Numbered from the stretch's first letter, positions 41,548 to 53,722 are shown. The stretch: DNA of 64,000 nt from Flaccisagitta enflata (GCA_965153355.1 OZ231126.1:37882001-37946000); one strand, 5' to 3'. Notes: a model not told the origin generated them from the letters alone. Translations and numbers: made by a program.

Positions 41548-43875
41548 ATGTCGCAGCAGAACAACCAAGGCACGCCGGACGAGATCCGCGAAGCGAGGAG
41601 GCAGCGAATGGCGCAAGCCCAGGCCGATTTGGTGAGGAGTCATGAGGAGGAGACGAGGAGGATGGAAGAGGAGCGGGCGAGGGTGGAAGAGGAGAAGAGG
41701 AAAGTGGAGGAAGAGAAGAAAGACCCGGAGAAGAAGAGGAGGAGACAGGAGCAGGAGGCCAGGGCAGCGTCCCTCAGAGAACAACGCAGGCTTCGCGGGT
41801 TGCAACAGTCCGTCGTTGGAGGAGCTGATGACGTCATCGACGGGGTCAGCCATCTCTTCAACGACTCGTCTTCCGGCGCGTGGACCGTTACGGACCCTAT
41901 TCCTGCTCGGGCCCTCAACGCGTTCGATGCCAACGCCTTTGCCGACAAGCGCGCCGCCGGTGAAGCGCGTCGTCAAGCCGACGATGCGCTCCAGGCGGCA
42001 AGAAAGGCGAAAAGAGAACAAGCTGCCAACGAAAGCTTCGATACGGCAGTTTCGGGAGTGGAGGCGCTCATGGGGGAGTCAACGTCGGACTCCACCACGG
42101 ACGCCCCCCCGCCGCCACGCGGAGCAGAGGAAGTGGAGCGACAAGATTTGAATGACCCTGACAACTTAGACTTTGACGATGACGATTTACGACGACGACG
42201 ATGATGACGACTACGACTCAGGATGACAGTGAGGGCGATGATATGGACACTAACGAACATGACGGAAGGGGAGAGGGACTTCCCCCCGGGAGGTTGCTCG
42301 ACCCGCTTCTACAGGCCCCCAAGGGGTACTTACTGCTCCTTCTCTTGCTCCCCACCTGCCGCCGCCGCAGACGTCGCAGGCGGTCGTGGAGTCGCCGACG
42401 TTACAAGTAACGCCGGCCGCAGACTCGACCGCGCCGGCGCCGTTTCAAGCATCACCTGACGCGACGCTGGTGATCCCGCCGCACATCAGTGACCTGTCCT
42501 CCATCTCGCAGGAACAAGCTGTCGAATTGGTGAAGATCTACAACGCCCAAGTCGACGCCCTCATCGAGCGGAAGCACACTGCGATATACCACGACACGCA
42601 GCGTCGCTTACGCGCGGAGAGAGATGCTCTTCATCCACAAGCCGAGCGAAGAGCATATGTTCCGACGCAAAGAGTCAGAGACGAATTAGTCGAAGAGGAC
42701 GGAGAGATGGCGACGGTTGAAACACGCGAGACGCTCCAATTGTGCAAGATCATCAACATCAGATCTATTGGAGCAACGGCGGACATGGGAAATGGGACTT
42801 TGAGAGACATTTCCCGCGGAAAAGCCTCAAATCAGAGAAAAAGACGACGTGAAGGAGCCGCTCGTCGGATCGCGGAGGCTATTCGTTCGACCGGAAGTGG
42901 CAGCGATCAGCGTCAGACGCCCGCGACGCAGGATCCTCCACAACATCATCCGAGAGACGATCGACGAGCCAAAGCTGGCGCCAACAATCTACAAATCGAA
43001 GTGAGAGAGAAGAGACGTCGGGTGAGCAGGGGTGGACCGCCGGATGCATCCGCATCGCATCATCGACGGTGATGGATGGTCCCGCGAGATTACCACATGG
43101 TCCTGCTCCCCGGCCTCCTCCTCCTCAACGCCAGCGGTCACGTGACATTTCACCAATCCGTGTCCCAACCCAAACGATTTACGACAACGGATAATCAAGG
43201 TGGCGCTGGGGCAGCCGCAAATCTGCTCCCCCTCCTCCTCCTCCTGTCAACGACCAACAGCGACGAGAGGAGCAAAACGCCAACAAAAAGAAGAGGAATC
43301 GTCGTCCAAAAAGGAAGTCTGGGGATGCGTCGACGTCCAACAGGTCGTCAACGTCGACTGCATCCGCTTCTTCTCCTTCACATCGCCCTCCCCGATCGCC
43401 GGAAGACCTTCTGACCGAGGCGATGTTGGCCGTCGCCATCAAGTTGCCAAGTCATCCTCGGTCAAAGGATATTCAAAAGGTTGTAGACATTCTTCCGGCG
43501 GCATTCTATCCCAACTCATCTCCGATGGATCGCGCGATCTACGCTGCCGATCACGCCGTGGATAGAGCCAGATCGGCGAGGAAGCTCATCGAACAATACA
43601 ACTTTAGGATGAAGGTTGTCGGTGAGCACGACGCGAAAGTTGCTCAGATGGCCCAGCTGCTGTCCGACGCGAAGAAGGAAGCCGACCGCGTCCGCGCGGA
43701 GTTCTCTCAGCCCGATGGACAGATGCCATCGACTTCCGGGACTCAACGCCACTTCGCGTCGTCGAGCAACAACGCGCCACCTTCCGGCAGAAACCCCCCT
43801 CCACGCCACAGTAGGAAAGACGACGCGCCATCCTATCGTGGAGGAAAGGGCGGCAGGGGTAAAGGCCGGAAGTAG
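41548..43875 (+). CDS. Accessory ORF3 of the retrotransposon, unknown function, about 775 codons when ~5-6 frameshifts are bridged (track pieces 41548-42204, 42201-, 42386-43072, 43423-43875)
   Basis: GC-rich coding-like block between two AT-rich spacers; ATG in catcATGt; coiled-coil N-terminus, acidic and Pro-rich linkers, basic clusters, C-terminal RGG tail; no signal peptide or TM segment. Confidence 0.65.
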
Positions 43876-43990
43876 AGGGTCTCGTCGCCATGATCCCGGC
43901 CATCGTCTTCCCACTTCAATCGCGCGTATCATACCGACGTTTCACGTCGTCGCGGAAGACTAGCGGTTGATCATCCAATGGCGACTCGAG

Positions 43991-44997
43991 ATGCTTCCGG
44001 TGACGGACAGGCCGGCCGTCCTCGCTTCTCTAGAGGGCGGTCGGGGGAGGGGGTCCCACCGGGGACCCCCCTGCGACTCTCCCGCGTAAGTGTCGAGGGG
44101 TAGGGGGGGTCTTGAATTGCTCATGAATCAATTGTACCAAATTAGAATATTAAGCGTATGATTTGAGAATGAGAATCAGTTCTAACTCTCCTAATCCGTT
44201 TCTCCATACCCATTCCGGGTGTCAGGGACGTACGTGCTGGAGTGATGGACAATCCTAACGGGGCGTTGGTACGTAGTATAGTATAGTTTATACACTAGTA
44301 TAGGCCACTTAGCGTATAGTCTAATTATTTATTTCAGTCCATCATTCCCGTGGATCTAGTATCGTTACCTTTTTTCTTGTTTTAGCATGAAGACTGGATG
44401 CAGAATGGAGCAAGAGGAGCAATTCATAACCAGACCGTAGCGATAGCCCGGACAATCGACGGTGGTAGGTGTTTCTGCTCCTAGAACCCATTTTCTGAAT
44501 CGTCTTATTCGCGCGAGATCCACGATATTTATAATAGCGTCTTTGTAATATTTAAAAATTTTGTTTTTGAGATGAGCCCCGGATGTTGTCATAGCTTGTA
44601 AATTTTTAAAATGAACGGTATTCCCTGACAAGAAACTAGTTAGATACGAGATTTGAAATTTTTTTGGCAAATATTTCAAATGGGGGGACTGTGACATTCT
44701 TCACATTCCCCACCATATGCAGGCCTAGAAGCGCTCGATCGGACGCATTCGACTCCGCGGATCCCGAAGAAGAGGAGGGGCTCTCTCGCCATCGAAAATC
44801 CAAGATGGCGTCTGCTCGACTGCAGAGTGGAGGAAATCGAGGAAGAAGGAGAGAGATCTTCGATCGACGGAGGAAGGGGAGGAACGCGCGCGCGCACCGG
44901 AAGCGCTGACTTCCGGTTGAGGATTGATGAACTATATCTCCTCAACCGCTTAGAGGAGAAAAGACTTCGACCCCTCTATCGAATTCCCACGACGTGA
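43991..44997 (+). CDS. Hypothetical spliced ORF4: exons 43991-44085, 44226-44268, 44386-44464, 44723-44997 (163 aa, or 125 aa from ATG 44245); last exon lies in U3 of the 3' LTR
   Basis: Three GT-AG introns (GTAAGT..CTAAC..CAG; GTACGT..TTTTAG; GTAGGT..TGCAG) whose phases keep one frame open to TGA 44995-44997; exons GC-rich, introns AT-rich. Confidence 0.4.
44678..44689 (+). promoter_or_regulatory. Polypurine tract (AAATGGGGGGAC)
   Basis: G-run immediately upstream of the 3' LTR TG; preceded by hairpin ATTTGAAAT(44651)...ATTTCAAAT(44681). Confidence 0.8.
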
Positions 44998-45479
44998 CGA
45001 ATCTATTTATCATTGTTTCATTGCTGCCAAATAATTTCAAATCTCGTGATGTTTTGATTCATTTTTTGTTATTTCCAGGTTAAGTAAAAGTAGCTTCCCT
45101 GACTTTCTTACTGACATTCGATTACACGATCTCAGTTAAAGACTCGATTTTTGATGCTTTTTCCCCGACTTCCCTGCCCTGCGCCTAGATTGGAAACCGT
45201 TCGACAACATCCGTGTAAGTCCTTGACCTTTTATCATTTTTGGCGCCATACAAAAGTATCCTTCATTGATGTACAGAGCTTGTCCTAACCTTTTTCCTTT
45301 TTCTCTGTCCGTCAGGATTCCACGAATAGACTGATTTCGCGGACAACTTGACCGCTCATCTCAACAATTCGTTCTAAGCGGGTGTGCGTTCCAAATCATT
45401 AGCGCAGCTACGCAGTGGAGTCAGTTCTCGCGATTACGCATCAGGAGCTTGCTAAGAAACTAGACGCTAAACGATCTCA
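44690..45479 (+). repeat. 3' LTR (790 bp)
   Basis: Near-identical to the 5' LTR; followed by TSD GTGTA. Confidence 0.97.
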
Positions 45480-46837
45480 GTGTATATTCCAAATATTAGC
45501 CCACTAGCTTCATTTATTCTTCCATAATGCTTGCCCCCGTTATCTCAAGTCTAGATGAGATCTACTGTAGCAAATTCAGATTGTACCGAAGAAGCAATAA
45601 TATTTCTGCGGTTTCAAGTTTCTGGTATTATTGTGTTTTTCTATCCCAATTCATTTTTCGTTTCTTTCCTTCGAAGGAAAGACAGAAATCCAATTATATC
45701 CCACGGAGAATTGCTCCTGCTTGATGCGAAAAATGCACATTGCACAAATGAATTTGGCAAATTCCTTTGCCTTGCATTTTCCTTCAGGCTTCTTTTGCTT
45801 CCTTCTTTTTTTCTGTTTCTTTTTCTTTTTCTTTTTTCTTTGTGTTTTTTTTTTTCATGATTCTGCTTTTTATCATGTTTTAATCCCCCGTTTCTCCATC
45901 TTTTTTTATCATTCCATTGATATTTGATGCCTTCCTCTTCTTATTAAGCTTAAGCTCTCTTGTTATTTTTTCACGTTCTTTGCCATTTCACATCAACGTC
46001 TTCCGGTTTGAAGGTTATTACTAAAGTTTGCAGACATTCAAAAATCAAACAAGCTGACGATAGAAGTTAAACTGGTAGTGATGATAAAACATCACTAACG
46101 AGCCATGCTTCTCTCATAGTTCTCGTTGATATCTAAATTTGTACCTTCCGCTTCCGGATCCATCATCAGATGGGGAGTGGGTGGGGGTCCCTTCTTTATC
46201 CTAGACGCTGTCCCCTTCCACGCATATCAATCTCGCACCAGTCCGCCCCAGAGAAAAAACTCGTTCGCTCCTAGGGTGAGGCTACATCGTCAAACCAATT
46301 ATTTTGATGCTAGTCTACCACTTTCTACATTTAATCTGCCCATCTCCTTCATAACCCTGGAAAGACAGCAACGCAAAGCAAAGAGAAGAAAAGCAAAGAA
46401 AAGAGAAGCAAAGCAAAGCAAAGCATAGAAAAGAGGAGCAAAATAAAGTCAGTTAAAACTGTAACTGAAACAAAGCAAAATGAAGTCAATTAAAACTGAA
46501 ACTGAAACTCTGAAAAAGATAGGGAAAAAACAAGGGGAAAAAAAGAGGGGGGGAAAAGGGAGAAAAAAAAAGAACCGGAGTCATTGTATCTGTAGGTTTT
46601 CTCTCATCAATCAATGCCATCAACGTTTTTTCCTCTCTTTTTTCAAACGCTATCTTTCGGCGAGGGAGCGGAGAAGGGAGGGGGGGGGGTTGGGAAAAGA
46701 GGGGGCAATGGTGATGATTCAGCTCGCGTAGAATATATCCATCATTTTTGGGCAAAGAGACCCAAAACCGACAAAGCTTCATTATTTTTCGTTTTAACGA
46801 AACTCGAGTATCACCGCTTGTCCTCTCTATTTTAAGT

Positions 46838-46946
<109 letters not shown>

Positions 46947-47251
46947 ACGAACTTACTAAGAAAGCTGGAAGTTGTTACCTGCTAAGCAGCGCGCGTTTTA
47001 TTCGTGGCAACACGGAAATGGCATCGGTCAAGAATATCTTTGGCAGCTCGCTTGATTGAGATGTATTCATTTCCGTTATCGCTGTTCTCTGTCACCATCT
47101 CACCTTTACGTCTCTTTCTCTGTCTTTCTATCTGTGTCTGTGTCTATGTCTGTAACTTTGTACGTGCCAGCTTGTCATCCATCTCTGCTTGTCTTTATCT
47201 GTCTTTGCTTTTTTTCTCTGTCCATTACAGTGCTTTTATGTCTCTTGTCGC

Positions 47252-47301
<50 letters not shown>

Positions 47302-48002
47302 CTCCTGTGATATGGTGTTCGACGCGACCACCACGCAAATTCGCATTCGTCGCGAGGAAACCGGCAATTAATCGGCCTATTAATGCGGTTGGGTTCATAC
47401 CCACACTTTCTGTCCGTTTTTCTGTCCGTTCTCCTGTCCGTCTTTTCATCAGTCTGCTTTTCGTCTGTCCGTCTCAGCGTCATTCTCTCTGTAACGTTAC
47501 TGAATGCAAAAGCGATCATCGATTCTTGCGCAGCAGTGTTCTGCCGTCGTGTTTTGCACTCTGCTGTCTTTGTTTGTGGTGTGTGGTCCTGTGTGTTCTC
47601 CGTGGTCTGTGAGTTACTGTGACAGTGGTCTGTGGTCAGTGGTGTCAGAATGATGGGCTAAAAATGGTTTAATATTCAAAGAAAAAAAAAACAAATCTTA
47701 AATCGCTGGAATAACTTTTTTTAAGTGAAACTGACCCCCTTCATCTTTTGTTTGTGTCCGCGAATCGTAAACAATACAAAAAGGAAAAACTGATGATCTT
47801 TATGGCGAAATTTTAACACATTAGATTTAATTCCTATGTCTGATGTATCAGTTCCTCACATCATTTCTCTCTTTTTCCAGGTTTCGCGGCACGTAATAAC
47901 GAGGAGTAAAGGACTCGTACGAAGAAAGAAGGAAAATCTGTGCGACAATCTAAATTAAAAAGAGCGAATGAAGGCAAAAAAAAATGAAATAGATAAATAA
48001 AT

Positions 48003-48050
<48 letters not shown>

Positions 48051-49225
48051 AATGCCAATGACTACTGAATGGGAACAAAAACGAAAAGAAAATTGTGAGA
48101 GAGAGAGAGAAAAAAACATTTAAACGAGATGACCCGAGTTAATCCGCATCCAACTGGGAAACACATCGAAAACGGCGTGATTAGTAACGCCAAAGAACCT
48201 CCGCCTCATCAACGAATCTCCGCCTCATCAACGCACGTCGAATTTTTCCCTTTCTTTTCGTTTTTAGTCGCTTGCTGAGCGACTCCATGAGAGGGTGTTT
48301 CCGTAGTGCTGTCCGTAGGACGACAGGAGGAAGGTTACGCGAAATCAACTGTAAGAGTCTACTGAACTGTAATGCTCCTGCCGACCCACATTGCAGCCCC
48401 GGCCCACTAAAGCATTGCCCCTACCCAGTGCCCACTTACATTTCTATCTCGGCCCACCCGCAAGCGACTCCTCATTGGTGATGTAAACGGCCGTGTTCTT
48501 TGAATACTTTTTTTTTAGATTCATCTACGCATCTTTATGAGGGGCTTTATCCGTCCGTCTATCCATCCGTCTGTCCATTCATTCATCCATTGGTCGGTAC
48601 AATTTGCATGAGCTGAAAAATGGTCAATTGGCAGAGAATGTCTGTTTGTTCGTCATGGGAATGATGGATTATCTAACATCTTGACAAATGTGATAGAAAG
48701 ACGTGGACGCATCTTTGTCCCTTCGAGGTACTTGTTCCTTCTATTTTTCTTTCTTTCGTTGTGTATGACTTGACATCAGTGACGTCAGTGACGTCAGTGA
48801 CGCCGACAGTTGAGTAGAGATTCAATCTACCTCACGCTTACCGTTTGTTTTTTGTCCTTGATTGTCTGTCTCTCCGTCTGTGTTATGTCGTGTGTATCCG
48901 TTTATGTACACATCCTGTTTGGAGAGACATTTGTGAATATGAGATACACGGAAGAAAGTGACTCATAAGACTTCTGCCACGCTGACGCAACAACAGCGTC
49001 ATTTTCCGTTTTGTTGCGTTGCTATTCAATTCATGGCAATCCCACGACGAGGACGGGACGGCATCCAATATGGACTTACAGTCTCTTTTAGTCTTTTTCC
49101 GATTCTGTCTTTTTTCCACTTCTGTCCCTGTTTCTGTCTTTGGTTCTGTCTCTGATTCTGCTTTGTCTCGTTTTGTTTTGTCTCTGTTTCTGTTTTGTCT
49201 CTGTTTCTCTTTTGTCTCTGTTTCT

Positions 49226-49416
<191 letters not shown>

Positions 49417-49423
49417 CTTCCCC

Positions 49424-49840
49424 TTTTTAAGTGCGTCCTCGCACTTCTATAAGAGGTCATGTCCGTTGGTTGGTTGGTCGGTCGGTGGGTTGGTCGGTCG
49501 GTCACGCAAACGTTTGAAAAGTGCAAAACGGCTGATTCAGACGTATTTTTTCATTCCTATCACCTTTTATGCCTTACCACATTCAATTTCATTCATTCAT
49601 TCATTCATTCATTCATTCATTTACTCACTCACTCACTCACTCATTCATTAATTCACTCATTCATTCATTCATTCATTCATTCATTCATTCATTCATTCAT
49701 TCACTCATTCATTTATTCATTCATTCATTCATTCATTCATTCGTTCATTCATTCATTCATTCATTCTTTCATTCATCAAAAACGTTCATTCACAAATTCT
49801 TAATCAAGCGAGCACTTAATGGCCTTTACTTGGCCTTGTT
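49424..49840 (+). mobile_element. HINE-like element (second subfamily) with internal (ATTC)n array
   Basis: TTTTTAAGTGCGTCCTCGCACTT 5' palindrome, (GTTG/GTCG)n, (ATTC)n at 49590-49775, GAGCACTT...TGGCCTTGTT end. Confidence 0.7.
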
Positions 49841-51039
49841 TTTTTCATATCCTCAATATCGTTGCCGTCACGATAACACCAACCAGAACCATTTTGCGAC
49901 GATTCTGCCCCTCTGCCGCAAACTTAACGAACTTCCGATTTTACGCTCGGGCTAGCCCTTAAGACAGCGATTGTTATGCTAAAATTGTCTGGACCGACTG
50001 ATCGATACGGACTTACGGTTTGTCATTAAATCGAGTACACTTTTCATTCCCTGGCTAAGCGACTCCATCTAGGAGGCTGTGTCCGTAGGTACGAAGGCCG
50101 GGAACGCGAAAAGTTGGATGACTTGAAATCGGCTGAAAAGCGGTTTTTGAGCACTACCGCCCCTGCCCAGCCACATTACCGCAGCCGCCCTGCCCCGTAC
50201 TGCCCCTGCCCTTATTACCGCCCCTGTCTAGTGCCCACTCGCAAGCGACACTTATTGGCCGGCCGTGTTTCTGACCTTGTCTACATAAGGACCAGTAAGA
50301 TTTTTCTGAGGTTGGGACGTCCTTAATTTTCTGCAGATTTTGGTTTTTTTTTTCAAAATGTACCACAGTTTTCTTGTAATATTGTATTTCTTTATACTTT
50401 TATTATCAATTTACAAAAAGCAAATATCATACTTATTAATTTGTTTTAAGCTAGATACACAATATATGTGATGTACATATTAAATTATAATCCTCTCTTA
50501 TTCCGAAGTTACGTTCCATATTGAGTATTGAGTATTGAGTATTGAGTATTGAGTATTGTTTAATGAAAATATACTTAAGATTTAAAATCCAGAATAAAAT
50601 TTTCCTTTTACTTGCAGCTTTTTAGGGCTCTTCCTTAAGAAGTCCTCAAATTTTGGCATAATTTCAGCCTTTTTGTTCTTAATCAGAAAAAAAGGAATTG
50701 AGAAGCGAATTGAGACAGAGACAAAGTAAATGAGACAGAGACAGAGACAGAGAATACAAAGAGGAGACAGAGAAAAAATCGTCCGCGCTTCTTCTTTATT
50801 TGATTTAATTTTTCTCCCTGTTATCCGTTTTTGATTTGTTCTATTTAATTCGTTATCTCACTTCCATCCATATTTTTCTCTGCTTCATCTTTTTTCTCTC
50901 TCCTTCTCTTCTTCCATTAGGCGTTCTCTCTCCACTTCTCTACGACTCTCATCTCCCTTCTAGAATTATTTTTCTCTTTCATTTTTTTTCATTTTTTTTC
51001 TTCATTTTTTTCATTTTCTTTCTTGTTTTCTTGTTTTCT

Positions 51040-51044
51040 TGTTT

Positions 51045-51135
<91 letters not shown>

Positions 51136-51139
51136 TTTT

Positions 51140-51203
<64 letters not shown>

Positions 51204-51222
51204 TTTTCTTCTTTTCTTGTCT

Positions 51223-51261
<39 letters not shown>

Positions 51262-51298
51262 ATCTTTCTTTCTTCCCTTCTTTCTTTCTTTCTTTCTG

Positions 51299-51374
<76 letters not shown>

Positions 51375-51400
51375 TCATTCTGTCTTTCTTTCTTTCTTTC
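51040..51400. repeat. (CTTT)n tract
   Basis: Direct reading. Confidence 0.95.
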
Positions 51401-51538
51401 TCTCTTTCTGTCCTTGTACATCTAAAAGAGGATTTTGTCCGTCGGTCAGTGTCTTGTCATGTCTCATTTATACACTCCCCAATCCCCATCCACCTTCTTC
51501 CGCTTAGTTTGTTGATTCATTCATATTAATTTTTTTTA

Positions 51539-51641
<103 letters not shown>

Positions 51642-52617
51642 TAGTTGTGGGTGATTTTTTTTCTCGACAAGAACCAATTTCAGTCTTGTTATCCTACCAT
51701 TATTCTATCAAGTTCAACTACTAACTATTAAGTAAATGGTGACGCATCGGTTTCACTGCCGCTCTTTTGTCATCAATTTTCTCAAGCAGCTGAGTTCGTC
51801 CGCTCTCCATCCATTCGTTACATCCATTTCCGCATTCATTCGTTATTTCCATTTCCGCATTCTACGTTATTTCTATTCATGCATCCATTTGTTACTCCCG
51901 ATTCTGAAAACATTTTTCATTATGCACTATTTTTCTATATACGACCAATCTGAAATGGAGAGAGGAAAAGACGACGATGATAATTGAACCAAATTACACG
52001 CCATTCTACCATTATTTTTTTCACGTAAGAATAGAAGGGCTGTAATATGTCCGCTTTATTCATTATCAACATATCACTTATTTTTCGTCAGCGACTTATG
52101 TCCGCTCAATTCATTATCACTTGTTTTGTGTCATTTGCTGTGATATGTCCGCTCAACTTATTATTAGGAACATTTGCACGGCAGATTGTGGAGTGATCAG
52201 GTTGAGAAAAAGTTGACTGATTTTTTAAACGAGCGAACAGACTATGAAAATATGATAAAAAAATGAATAATTAATCATGTTGCTTGTCCAGCATCATGTA
52301 GAAAGGGCCCATAGAGTCAGACTGTCATTTTTCAGCGAGTAAAAATAAGTGAGGTTTAGAGAAATGAGACTTACTGTGAAATAAGATACTTTTGCGCCTG
52401 TAAAAAGGCCTGTACGCCTCTGTACTCACAGGGACATATAGTTTTGACCTTGCTGATTCTAAATCTGGTTTTACTTTTTTGCCGATTTCATCCGAGGCAA
52501 CGCGATAAAAATAAGAAGACGAAGCATCTCTTAAAAAGTGCAAACCAAAACAGCGTCATGGAAATTAAACAGTTCGTGGTTTGCGCTCGTATATTTTTTT
52601 TTGTCTCCAATTTTATC

Positions 52618-52767
52618 TTTTTAGGTGCGCCACAGCACCTCTATGAGAGGCTCTGTCTGTTGGTCGGTCAGTTGGTCCGTTGGTCGGTAACGCTCGAGTT
52701 GAAAATATCAAGAAACAGTCAAAATCACCGAAAATGGATCCTTATCATCGTTATAACATCGTCATCG

Positions 52768-52844
<77 letters not shown>

Positions 52845-53722
52845 GTCATCGTTGTCGTCGTCGTCATCGTCGTCGTCGTTCTCGTCTTCAACGTTGTCTC
52901 CGTCGTTGTCGTTATCATTGATTCGTTGTCATTATTCTCATTTTTAGGTGCGCCTTAGCACCTCTACAACTAGCTCTGTCTGTCGGTTGGTCGGTTGGTT
53001 GGTTGGTCGGTCACGCTCGAGTTGAAAATCTCGAATAGAAGAAAAAAATCACTGGAAATGATTCAGAAATATGCTAGGATGATTTTTAGATGCGGCATAG
53101 TACCTCTAAAAGAAGCTCTGTCCGTCCGTCCATCCGTTGGTCACGCTCGAATGAAAAATCGCTAAAAATGTTTGAAATCAATAGAAAACTCATATCGTTC
53201 GTCATTGATGATACTCGTAATTTCATACACTAATATAATCAGCTACGGTTAGGTCTGATAGAGCTGGTGATAGGTCTGGTGATAGGTCGGATAGAGCTGG
53301 GGATAGGTCTGATAGAGCTGGGGATAGGTCTGATAGAGCTGGGGATAGGTCTGATAGAGCTGGTGATAGGTCTGATAGAGCTGGTGATAGGTCTGATAGA
53401 GCTGGTGATAGGTCTGATAGAGCTCGGGAAAGGTCTGATAGAGCTCGGGAAAGGTCTGATAGAGCTCGGGAAAGGTCTGATAGAGCTCGGGAAAGGTGTG
53501 ATAGAGCTCGGGATAGGCCTGATAGAGCTAGGAATGGTCTGATTGAGCTAGGGATAGATCCGATGGAGCTAGGGATAGCTAAGGATGAATAACGCCCGGC
53601 GTGATAGGTCTGATAGAGCTAGGAAAGGTCTGATAGAGCTAGGGATAGGTCTGATGGAGCTAGGGATAGCTATGAATTAATAACGCTCGGTGCACCGTCT
53701 TGGCCCGTGTATCCGGCCTTTT
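52618..53722 (+). mobile_element. Composite of three head-to-tail HINE-like 5' modules ending in one 3' end; contains (CAT)n and a 21-bp array (GGTCTGATAGAGCTGGGGATA)
   Basis: TTTTAGGTGCGCC..GCACCTCTA at ~52618 and ~52941, TTTTAGATGCGG at ~53084; array at 53250-53690; GGCCCGTGTATCCGGCCTTTT end. Confidence 0.7.

Larger units (their letters stand above)
33043..45479 (+). mobile_element. Full-length BEL/Pao (Belpaoviridae-type) LTR retrotransposon, 12.4 kb
   Basis: Paired TG...CA LTRs; 5-bp TSD GTGTA (33038-33042 and 45480-45484); gag with three Zn knuckles; PR-RT-RH-IN order with YVDD; PPT before the 3' LTR. Confidence 0.97.
32563..45567. mobile_element. ~560-bp TA-flanked fold-back MITE (pogo/Tigger-like CAGTAG ends), split by the LTR retrotransposon
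   Basis: TA|CAGTAGATCGCGTCTAGACTTGAGATAACGGGGGCATGCATT at 32563 and AATGCTTGCCCCCGTTATCTCAAGTCTAGATGAGATCTACTG|TA ending 45567; interior 32680-33010 is also palindromic. Confidence 0.85.

Noticed and set aside
41548-43875. env gene
   Set aside because: It has no signal peptide, transmembrane anchor or Cys-rich ectodomain, and its composition is charged and disordered.
34926-43932. Antisense ORFs within the retrotransposon (e.g. 34926-35411, 39757-40281, 41494-42021, 43516-43932)
   Set aside because: These are shadow frames of GC-rich or purine-repeat sense coding sequence with no independent features.
44994-45351. Extension of ORF4 through a GTGACG donor, a 5-nt micro-exon (45079-45083) and exons 45189-45214 and 45316 onward
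   Set aside because: The frame happens to stay open, but it needs two weak donors and a micro-exon. That is too speculative without junction reads.
53250-53690. Leucine-zipper-like ORF (IGLIELG)n or CRISPR-like array
   Set aside because: It is a 21-bp head-to-tail tandem repeat without unique spacers inside a HINE-like element, in a eukaryotic context with no cas genes.
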